Shown: positions 54,016 through 62,276 of the stretch, piece after piece
How the letters are laid out: each line of letters opens with the position of its first letter
Position numbering within the stretch: the first letter of the stretch is position 1
Position numbers and translations under genes: made by a program
Notes under the pieces: model-generated
Database searches by the model: none
The model's input: the letters and a program-made list of their open reading frames with translations, nothing else
Told to the model about the DNA's origin: nothing
Virus record (IMG/VR): IMGVR_UViG_3300032285_002884
Source of the DNA: a virus
Length of the DNA stretch: 64,000 bases
Direction: 5' to 3' (one strand)

Positions 54016-54954
54016 ATGATAAACTTAAATGTAAGCAACTCAAGCGTATCAAACGCGATAGTGACTCAGTCAGTCACCGTCAACAGCGTATACATCGACG
54101 ACTCGCTAACGGTAGGCGCAGTCTCAGTCAACTCTTCACAGATCACCGTAGGTTCTTCGGTCGCTAACTCTTCTGTGTTCTCTGTACCACAGCTGACTCT
54201 AGGTGGAGTCGCTTGGATTGGTAGTTCATATGGTGCGATCGTCAACACTCAGATCTTCACGGCCAACGGTACGTGGACAAACCCAATATCAAACTCTTCA
54301 CTGGGTCTTACTGGCAGTGAGCAGGTCTTAGTCATGATGTGGGGTGGCGGCGGAGGTGGCTATAACGCAAGTGGTCCTGCAGGTGCTGCGGGCGCCGGCG
54401 GTGCGTGTGTTGTTGTAAACTTACTGGCGTCTCAGTGTAATTCCGTGTGTAACGTCGTAGTTGGAGCTGGAGGTGGCGCCAATACAAATGGAAGTAATAG
54501 TATATTTTACGCTAATAGCAGTGTTCCAATAACTATAACCGCTTACGGTGGTGGTGCTGCTATAAGTGGCGTTGGCGGTGGCGGCGGAGGATGGTTTGGT
54601 GTCGGATCTGCTGGAACTGGCGGTGGACCTCTAGGCGGAGCTACTGGAAGTCCTGGCGGTGTATCTACGTTTGGAGGCGGCGGAGGAGGTGGATCTACTG
54701 GAGCTGTTGCAGGGGGGAGTTCAGTGTATGGAGGCGGAGGTGGCGCGAGAGACTCTGCTGCTGGTGGTTCATCAATATATGGCGGTGCTGGCGGTACAAG
54801 AGCATTAGCAGTAGCTAATTCTGTTTTTGGCGGAAATGGTGCTAATAACACAACAGCTGCAACTGCACCAGGAGGCGGTGGCGGTGCGGGCGCAGACGTA
54901 ACCACTTACATTGCAGGAGCGCGCGGTGAGGTCCGCGTCTGGGTGATCAAGTGA
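54016..54954 (+). CDS. Glycine-rich adhesin-like protein, paralogue 3
   Basis: QIFTANGTWTNP, WGGGGGG, GARGEVRVW. Confidence 0.82.
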   Translation: MINLNVSNSSVSNAIVTQSVTVNSVYIDDSLTVGAVSVNSSQITVGSSVANSSVFSVPQLTLGGVAWIGSSYGAIVNTQIFTANGTWTNPISNSSLGLTGSEQVLVMMWGGGGGGYNASGPAGAAGAGGACVVVNLLASQCNSVCNVVVGAGGGANTNGSNSIFYANSSVPITITAYGGGAAISGVGGGGGGWFGVGSAGTGGGPLGGATGSPGGVSTFGGGGGGGSTGAVAGGSSVYGGGGGARDSAAGGSSIYGGAGGTRALAVANSVFGGNGANNTTAATAPGGGGGAGADVTTYIAGARGEVRVWVIK

Positions 54955-55017
54955 AATATATACTTTAAATGAAAATTGCAGGCTCTTTGAAACAGTATTT
55001 TGCTAACCAAGTAAGCC

Positions 55018-55025
55018 TATAAATA
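55018..55025 (+). promoter_or_regulatory. Late promoter for neck genes
   Basis: TATAAATA followed by AGGAG and gp13 ATG. Confidence 0.85.
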
Positions 55026-55044
55026 GCTAAAATAGGAGTTACCC

Positions 55045-55785
55045 ATGGCGATACCCAACAGCCGCTCGTCTTTCAAGGAGTACTGCCTGCGCAAGCTAGG
55101 TAAGCCCGTCATCGAGATCAACGTCGACGACGACCAAGTAGACGACCGCATCGACGAGGCGCTGCTGTACTTTGCCGACTACCACTTCGATGGTACAGAC
55201 AAGACGTACTACAAGTACCCGATCACGCAGCAGGACATGGCTAACAAGTACATCCAGCTGCCGGACAACATCATCGGTGCCGTGAACATCTTCGACGTCG
55301 GCGACGCCATGAACACCAACAACCTGTTCAACATCCGCTACCAGATCGCCCTCAACGACCTCTACACGCTCACGTCGGTCTCGATGGTGCCCTACGTCAT
55401 GGCCCTCACCCACGTCCAGTTCCTTGAGCAGATCCTCGTCGGCAAGCAGCCCATCCGCTACAACCGCCACGTCAACAAGCTCTACATCGACATGGACTGG
55501 ACCAAGCTACAGGTAGGCAACTACCTAATCGTCGAGTGCTATCAGGTAATCGACCCCGACGTCTACACAAAGACATGGGGCGACCGCTGGCTCGCTCGCT
55601 ACGCCACCTGCATCATCAAGCAGCAGTGGGGCGAGAACATCAAGAAGTATCAGGGCATGCAGCTTCCAGGCGGAATGACATTCAACGGTCAGAAGATCTA
55701 CGACGAGGCCATCGAGGAGAGGGCGGCGCTCGAGAAGGAGATGATCGAGAGCTACAGCATCCCAGTCTCAGACATGATCTACTGA
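55045..55785 (+). CDS. gp13: Neck protein
   Basis: YCLRKLGKPVIEINVDDDQ, KQQWG.N..KY.G.QLPGG. Confidence 0.96.
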   Translation: MAIPNSRSSFKEYCLRKLGKPVIEINVDDDQVDDRIDEALLYFADYHFDGTDKTYYKYPITQQDMANKYIQLPDNIIGAVNIFDVGDAMNTNNLFNIRYQIALNDLYTLTSVSMVPYVMALTHVQFLEQILVGKQPIRYNRHVNKLYIDMDWTKLQVGNYLIVECYQVIDPDVYTKTWGDRWLARYATCIIKQQWGENIKKYQGMQLPGGMTFNGQKIYDEAIEERAALEKEMIESYSIPVSDMIY

Positions 55786-55786
55786 C

Positions 55787-56512
55787 ATGGCAACTAACTT
55801 CTTCTTCAACAACTTTAAGTCGTCTCAGGAACAGCTTCTCATCGAGAATTTGATCATCGAGGCTATAAAAATTTACGGAGAAGACATGTACTATCTGCCT
55901 AGGACGCTAGGCAACCTAGACAAGATCTACGGCGCCGACGACTCTTCAAGCTATGACAAGGCAGTCTTGATCGAGATGTACATCAAGTCAGTCGACGGCT
56001 TCGGCGGCGACGGAAACTTCATGTCGAAGTTCGGTCTCGAGATCAGGGACCAAGTGGTGTTCTCGGTCGCCAGAAGGGTGTTCAATGAGGAGGTCGCATC
56101 CCTCACCGCTCAGATCAGGCCTAACGAAGGCGACCTCATATACTTCCCACTGAACAGCAAGTGCTTCCAGATCAAGTACGTCAACAAGTTCGAGATGTTC
56201 TACCAGCTCGGTGGACTCCAGACTTGGGAGCTTACGTGTGAGCTCTTTGAGTACTCAGGCGAGGTGTTCAACACCGGCATCTCTGAGATCGACAGCATCC
56301 AGGTCAAGTACAGCGAGAACATCTTTGACTACGAGATCCTCGACGAGGACGGCGTGGCACTGGCTACTGAGGACCTCGACTACCTCGTCGTCGAGTCGTT
56401 CAATCCAGCTACCATCGACCCTCTCGCAGAAAATGACGAGATACAGACACAGTCAGATAAGTTCGTTGACTTCTCCGAACACGACCCATTCTCTGAGACA
56501 GGAACCTTCTGA
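55787..56512 (+). CDS. gp14: Neck protein
   Basis: EQLLIENLIIE.I..YG, SKFGLEIRD, RPNEGDLIYFP. Confidence 0.96.
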   Translation: MATNFFFNNFKSSQEQLLIENLIIEAIKIYGEDMYYLPRTLGNLDKIYGADDSSSYDKAVLIEMYIKSVDGFGGDGNFMSKFGLEIRDQVVFSVARRVFNEEVASLTAQIRPNEGDLIYFPLNSKCFQIKYVNKFEMFYQLGGLQTWELTCELFEYSGEVFNTGISEIDSIQVKYSENIFDYEILDEDGVALATEDLDYLVVESFNPATIDPLAENDEIQTQSDKFVDFSEHDPFSETGTF

Positions 56513-57342
56513 TGTTCGGACAGTCATTCTACTTCAGCAGCATCAAGAAGTACGTCGTGCTATTCGGCACGCTCTTCAACGACATATACATCATCAGGAC
56601 CAACAGCAGCACCGGAGACGAGACAGCGATACTCAAGGTCCCTCTGACCTACGGACCACGCGACAAGATGCTCGCCCGAGTCGAGGCAGACCCCGACATC
56701 AGCCGTCCTACTGCCATCTCTCTTCCTACTATGACTTTCGAGCTCAAGAGGCTGAGCTACGACGGCAACAGGAAGCTGCCTACCATCAACACACGAGTCA
56801 CCGCAAACAGCACGACTGCCGACTCAGTAAACTACCAGTACAATCCGGTAGCCTATAACTTTGACTTCGAGCTGACTATCCTAGTAAAGAACGCTGAGGA
56901 CGGGTCTAAGATAATCGAGCAGATCCTTCCGTTCTTTACTCCTGACTGGACAAGTACTGTTAAGCTCATCCCTGAAATGAACGTAGTCGTCGACATCCCA
57001 GTGATCCTGAACAACGTCACCCTCAACGACGTATACGACGGCGACTTCAAGCAGAGGAGGACTCTGACTTGGACCCTCGACTTCACGATGAAGGGCTACA
57101 TCTATGGGCCTGTCAAGCAGCACAAGACCATCAAGTTCGCCAACACGAACTTCTACATCGCGAACACCGCAAATATAGCGGACGCGGTCGGTAAGGTAGT
57201 CAGTCAAGTCTTTATCCAGACACAGCCTGGACTCACCGCCGACGGCAAGCCTACTTCTAACACCGCCAACTCAGTCGACCCTCACACGATCTTAGCGACC
57301 GACGACTTTGGATACGTCATCAGCGTGACGGAGGAACAATGA
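56512..57342 (+). CDS. gp15: Tail sheath stabiliser/terminator
   Basis: FGTLFNDI, KVPLTYGP, EQILPFFTP, WTLDFTMKGY.YGP. Confidence 0.96.
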   Translation: MFGQSFYFSSIKKYVVLFGTLFNDIYIIRTNSSTGDETAILKVPLTYGPRDKMLARVEADPDISRPTAISLPTMTFELKRLSYDGNRKLPTINTRVTANSTTADSVNYQYNPVAYNFDFELTILVKNAEDGSKIIEQILPFFTPDWTSTVKLIPEMNVVVDIPVILNNVTLNDVYDGDFKQRRTLTWTLDFTMKGYIYGPVKQHKTIKFANTNFYIANTANIADAVGKVVSQVFIQTQPGLTADGKPTSNTANSVDPHTILATDDFGYVISVTEEQ

Positions 57343-57761
57343 GTGATGAGAAGAAAGACCCAATAGCAGACGCCTTTGGAATGATTCCAATGTCTACTTC
57401 GAGTCAGGTCTCTGAGATAATCGCCAAGGCACACAGCGACAGCGCCAAGGATGACTTTGAGACGGCGCGAGCAAACATCTACAAGGTGATCGAGGGTGGA
57501 GTCGAGGCTCTAGACCAGCTCGGTCAGATCGCCGACCAGTCACAGAACCCTAGGGCGTACGAGGTCTACTCTACCCTGATGAAGACCATCGTCGACGCCA
57601 ACAAGGACCTGCTCGACATACAGAAGAAGATCCGAGACCTCAGCGGCGCGGACACGCCCATCAACGCCGCGGCCAAGACCATAAACAATAACCTGTTCGT
57701 CGGCTCGACTGCCGAGCTTCAAAAAGTGATTGAGAACTTAAAGAATGGCGGAGCAGAGTAA
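57339..57761 (+). CDS. gp16: Terminase small subunit
   Basis: PRAYEV, NNNLFVGSTAELQK. Confidence 0.94.
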   Translation: MSDEKKDPIADAFGMIPMSTSSQVSEIIAKAHSDSAKDDFETARANIYKVIEGGVEALDQLGQIADQSQNPRAYEVYSTLMKTIVDANKDLLDIQKKIRDLSGADTPINAAAKTINNNLFVGSTAELQKVIENLKNGGAE

Positions 57762-59385
57762 CATAACCTCGTTCAAGGGGTACAACGGCAACCCGAACAT
57801 CAAGCGCTCGGGCATAGCCGTCGACTGGACTCCAGACCTAGTCAGCGAGTACATGAAGTGCTCACAGGACGTGGTGTACTTCACCGAGAAGTACATGAAG
57901 ATCATCAACGTCGACAAGGGTCTCATCAGCTTCAAGCTATATCCTTATCAAAAAGAAATGCTCAAGTCGATGGCCGACAACCGATACACGGTAATCGGTA
58001 CGGCTCGTCAGGCCGGCAAGTCGACTACTACCTGCGCGTTCATCCTGTGGTACATCATCTTCCATGCAGAGAAGACCGTAGCCCTACTGGCCAACAAGGG
58101 CGATACCGCCCGAGAGATCCTAGGCAGGATCCAGCTGGCCTACCAGCACCTTCCTAAGTGGCTCCAGCAGGGCGTCGTGGAGTGGAACAAGGGATCGTTT
58201 GAGCTTGAGAACAACTCGCGAGTCATCGCAGGAGCTACCTCTGCCGACTCCATCCGCGGCTACTCCATCAACATGCTGTTCATCGACGAGGCAGCATTCA
58301 TCGACAACTGGGATGAGTTCTTCACCTCGGTATTCCCGACCGTGTCTTCTGGTCAGACGACAAAGATCGTGCTCGTGTCTACTCCAAACGGGCTGAATCA
58401 CTTCTACAAGACTTGGGTCGGAGCTGAGGAGGGCAGGAACGGATACAACCCGATCAAGGTCGTGTGGCAGGACGTTCCGGGGCGCGACGAAGAGTGGATG
58501 AAGAACACCCTCGCCGCTATGAACAACGACACCGAGAAGTTCGCACAGGAATACTGTGTCGAGTTCCTTGGTTCTTCCGGTACTCTAATCGACGGATGGA
58601 AGCTCAAGGAGCTGGTGTACCAGCAGCCCGTAGCATACCACGAGGGTCTGTACCAGTACAAGAGACCCGAACGAGGCAGGAACTACGTACTAGTAGTCGA
58701 CGTCTCAAGGGGCAAGGGTCTCGACTACTCGGCTTTTCAAGTGATCGACATCACAGGGATGCCCTATGAGCAGGTCTGCACCTACAGAAGCAACACCATC
58801 ACTCCTATGGACTACGCCGACGTCGTCAACAGGATAGGTAAGATCTACAACTCAGCTGGCGTGCTCGTCGAGATCAACGACATCGGAGAACAGGTATCCA
58901 CCTCTCTGCAGTACGACTTTGAGTACGACAACCTCCTCTATACCGAGAGCTTCGGTAGGTCTGGAAAGAGGATCACTACCGGCTTCGGCGGAGGCAACGC
59001 CGACCGAGGAGTCAGGACCACTAAGTCGGTCAAGGCCATCGGCTGCTCGATGCTCAAGATGCTGGTAGAGCAGAACCAGCTCATCATCAACGACTTCAAC
59101 ACCATCAACGAGCTGTCCACTTTCTCGAGAAAGGCACAGTCCTACGAGGCCGAGGCAGGCTGTCACGACGACTTAGTCATGCCTCTGGTCTTGTTTGGAT
59201 GGATGTCTGACCAGAACTACTTTAAAGACTTCACCAACATAAATACACTGATGAAGCTTAGAGAAAAGTCTGATGAAGATCTCTTAAGTGAGCTGATGCC
59301 TTTTGGATTCATGGACTTTGGCTCTGAAGAGATTGACTCGAGAGAAGTCATCGACGGTGACGAAGGCAATTGGCTCCTCAGATAA
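57745..59385 (+). CDS. gp17: Terminase large subunit
   Basis: RQAGKS, FIDEAAF, STPNG, DVSRGKGLDYS, HDDLVM. Confidence 0.98.
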   Translation: MAEQSNITSFKGYNGNPNIKRSGIAVDWTPDLVSEYMKCSQDVVYFTEKYMKIINVDKGLISFKLYPYQKEMLKSMADNRYTVIGTARQAGKSTTTCAFILWYIIFHAEKTVALLANKGDTAREILGRIQLAYQHLPKWLQQGVVEWNKGSFELENNSRVIAGATSADSIRGYSINMLFIDEAAFIDNWDEFFTSVFPTVSSGQTTKIVLVSTPNGLNHFYKTWVGAEEGRNGYNPIKVVWQDVPGRDEEWMKNTLAAMNNDTEKFAQEYCVEFLGSSGTLIDGWKLKELVYQQPVAYHEGLYQYKRPERGRNYVLVVDVSRGKGLDYSAFQVIDITGMPYEQVCTYRSNTITPMDYADVVNRIGKIYNSAGVLVEINDIGEQVSTSLQYDFEYDNLLYTESFGRSGKRITTGFGGGNADRGVRTTKSVKAIGCSMLKMLVEQNQLIINDFNTINELSTFSRKAQSYEAEAGCHDDLVMPLVLFGWMSDQNYFKDFTNINTLMKLREKSDEDLLSELMPFGFMDFGSEEIDSREVIDGDEGNWLLR

Positions 59386-59456
59386 GAAGCACAAACCCAT
59401 AAATACATCAAAGCTTCTCGCAATAATATCTTTCGGAGTCATGAAAGGAGACAAAC

Positions 59457-61547
59457 ATGGGATTCCAAGTCAGTCCAGGAGTAAGTGTTACTGAGATCGA
59501 TCTAACGACGATCGTCCCTGCAGTAGCGACTACTCAAGGCGCCGTCGCTGGCGTTTTCCGCTGGGGTCCGGTCGAACAGCGCGTTCTCGTAGACACAGAG
59601 GCAACCCTAGCAGCACGCTTCGGTAAGCCTAATTCAAATACCGCCGAGACTTGGTTCACAGCAGCCAACTTCCTCGGATACGGTAACATCCTCTACGTGA
59701 CCCGTGCAGCTAACACGACCGACGCCAATACCGCTAACAACAACGCTTCTTACAACGCCCTCGCACTAGCGAACACTCTCGCTGTCAACTCGAGCTCGGC
59801 TAACCTCCTCCTTTCGGTGGTAAAGAACCAAGACGACTATAACTCAAAGAGTTCCTTCCCAGCCGACGTAAACTTCGTCGCTAAGTATCCTGGAGCCATC
59901 GGTAACTCACTCAGGATCTCGATGTGCTTGAGCCCTAACGCGTTCAGCAACACGATCTCGCTTACATCGAACTCAACCGGTGCACTCGGTAACTCGTCTG
60001 TCTGCGCCATCGCTTTCTCGCTTAACACGAACACCGCTACCGTCACGATCCAGTCGGCTGACGGTACACAGGGTGTCACGAACTCAATCTCTGACTTCAT
60101 TAAGTCAAAGCTCACACTCGGTGACTACATCACCGCAGGTAACAACCTCATCGGCACACAGAACCTAAAGATCTCGAGTTTCAGCAACACGACATATCCT
60201 GGATCTGCTGGTAACCCTGCCACATTCACCATTAACTTCTATGACACTTATCGTCTCTCTACCGCTTACTCTTCAAACTCTGTAAGCCGTAAGTGGGAGT
60301 ACTTCAACATCGTCGACTCGGCTCCGACTCAGTCGAGCTACGTCAACCAGTTCGGCAACTCGGCTGCGATCGACGAAGTACACTTAGTAGTCGTCGACGA
60401 GAACGGCGACTTCTCAGGCGTTCCTGGAACGGTACTCGAGCGCTTCGCTCACCTCTCACGCGCTACAGACGCCAAGTCGCCCGACGGCGCTACACTCTAC
60501 TACAAGACTGTCCTAAACAACCAGTCCCAGTACGTATGGTACGCGAACGACGGTCAGGCGACCTCGGCTAACTCGCAGACAATCGCGAGCGTCTCTTCTA
60601 CGATCGCACCTTACACGGTGTCTTTCTATCAGGGCGCAGACGGTCAGTCTGAGTCGAATATAGCTATCGGTGATCTAACCCGCGCATACAACAAGTACGC
60701 CTCAGTAGAAGACATCGACGTATCGATGATCCTTGCAGGTAAGTCAAACGGCTATACCCTAGTCAACTGGCTCATCGACAACATCGCCGAGCAGAGAAAA
60801 GACTGCATGGTGTTCTTCTCGCCTCAGTACACTGACGTCGTCAACAACGTCGGTAACGAGCGCGACGCGATCCTTGCTTTCCGCAACAACATGAACAGGT
60901 CGTCTTCTTACGCCGTGATGGATTCAGGCTACAAGCAGATGTACGACCGCTACAACGACTTGTATCGCTTCATACCTCTCAACGGCGACGTTGCAGGCCT
61001 CTGTGTCCGCACAGAAGTCCAGCGCGACGCTTGGTTCTCACCAGCCGGCTTCAACCGTGGTCAGATCAAGAACATCGTCAAGCTCGCCTACAACCCAACC
61101 AAGTCAGATCGCGACATTCTCTATCCACAGGGTGTCAACCCAGTCGTATCGTTCCCAGGACAGGGCACGGTCCTCTACGGAGACAAGACCCTTCTCTCCA
61201 AGCCATCTGCCTTCGACCGCATCAACGTTCGCAGGCTCTTCATCGTCCTTGAGAAGGCCATCTCGACTGCGTCGAAGTTCACGCTATTCGAACTCAACGA
61301 TCAGTTCACTCGTGCACAGTTCGTCAGTCTCGTCACTCCTTTCCTGAGAGACATCAAGGGTCGCCGTGGAATCACTGACTTCCTCGTAGTCTGCGACGAC
61401 ACAAATAATACTCCTGAGAGGATTGACCGTAACGAGTTCTGGGGTGACATCTACATCAAGCCAGCTCGCTCGATCAACTTCATCCAGCTTAACTTCGTGG
61501 CTGTCAGGACTGGCGTTCAGTTCTCAACGGTCGTCGGCCAGTTCTAA
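59457..61547 (+). CDS. gp18: Tail sheath protein
   Basis: SPGV...EIDLT, WFSPAGFNRG, FDRINVRRL, IKPARSINFIQLNF. Confidence 0.98.
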   Translation: MGFQVSPGVSVTEIDLTTIVPAVATTQGAVAGVFRWGPVEQRVLVDTEATLAARFGKPNSNTAETWFTAANFLGYGNILYVTRAANTTDANTANNNASYNALALANTLAVNSSSANLLLSVVKNQDDYNSKSSFPADVNFVAKYPGAIGNSLRISMCLSPNAFSNTISLTSNSTGALGNSSVCAIAFSLNTNTATVTIQSADGTQGVTNSISDFIKSKLTLGDYITAGNNLIGTQNLKISSFSNTTYPGSAGNPATFTINFYDTYRLSTAYSSNSVSRKWEYFNIVDSAPTQSSYVNQFGNSAAIDEVHLVVVDENGDFSGVPGTVLERFAHLSRATDAKSPDGATLYYKTVLNNQSQYVWYANDGQATSANSQTIASVSSTIAPYTVSFYQGADGQSESNIAIGDLTRAYNKYASVEDIDVSMILAGKSNGYTLVNWLIDNIAEQRKDCMVFFSPQYTDVVNNVGNERDAILAFRNNMNRSSSYAVMDSGYKQMYDRYNDLYRFIPLNGDVAGLCVRTEVQRDAWFSPAGFNRGQIKNIVKLAYNPTKSDRDILYPQGVNPVVSFPGQGTVLYGDKTLLSKPSAFDRINVRRLFIVLEKAISTASKFTLFELNDQFTRAQFVSLVTPFLRDIKGRRGITDFLVVCDDTNNTPERIDRNEFWGDIYIKPARSINFIQLNFVAVRTGVQFSTVVGQF

Positions 61548-61578
61548 TAAATAGAAGAAAAGCACAGGAGTAACTTAG

Positions 61579-62181
61579 ATGGCTTTTAATATCGACAACT
61601 TCAAGAGCTACGGCCTAACTAAGGGGGGAGCTCGTCCTTCCCTCTTCGAGATCCAGTTCGCCGCACCTCCTTCTATCTCTCTCAACAACTTGGCAGTGGG
61701 TAACAAGTTTACCCTACTCGCCGAGGCTGCTGAGCTACCAGCATCATCGGTCGCCGCCGTCCAGGTTCCCTACTTCGGTAGGAACATCAAGGTCGCCGGC
61801 GATCGTACCTTCGCCGACTGGACCGTAACGATCCTGAACGACGAAGACTTCGCGATCCGCGCCATGCTTGAAAAGTGGCACAACGATCTCAACACTATAG
61901 TCTCGAACGTTCGTCTCCATAGCCGTCCATTCGCCTACAAGGCTGACAACGTCATCGTTACTCAGTTCGCTAAGAGTGGTCAGAGACTTAGGTCTTACGA
62001 GTTCGTTGGTCTATTCCCAACTGAGATCTCAGCTATCCAGCTCGCTTGGGACACTACTAACCAGATCGAGCGCTTTACCTGCACGTTCTCGTACGACTAC
62101 TGGAAGCCGGTAGGCGCAGACGAGAACTCAAACTTCGATACGTACGCACAGGACGTCGAGAAGTTCCCAGGAACGATCTAA
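61579..62181 (+). CDS. gp19: Tail tube protein
   Basis: GGARPSLF, KVAGDRTFADWTVT..NDEDF, FSYDYW. Confidence 0.97.
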   Translation: MAFNIDNFKSYGLTKGGARPSLFEIQFAAPPSISLNNLAVGNKFTLLAEAAELPASSVAAVQVPYFGRNIKVAGDRTFADWTVTILNDEDFAIRAMLEKWHNDLNTIVSNVRLHSRPFAYKADNVIVTQFAKSGQRLRSYEFVGLFPTEISAIQLAWDTTNQIERFTCTFSYDYWKPVGADENSNFDTYAQDVEKFPGTI

Positions 62182-62231
62182 TCAGTCTCAATATATAGTA
62201 TGATGCCTCAACTATAGTGAATGTAATTATG

Positions 62232-62264
62232 AAGGGGGCTCATGATAGGGCCCCCTTTTATTTT
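62232..62264 (+). terminator. Intrinsic terminator after gp19
   Basis: AAGGGGGCTC...GGGCCCCCTTTTATTTT. Confidence 0.85.
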
Positions 62265-62276
62265 AGAGAGAGACAG

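Noticed and set aside
43976-54954. Diversity-generating retroelement (TR/VR pair) among fibre repeats
   Set aside because: No reverse transcriptase in the window, and differences between repeat copies are at third codon positions of all bases, not adenine-specific.
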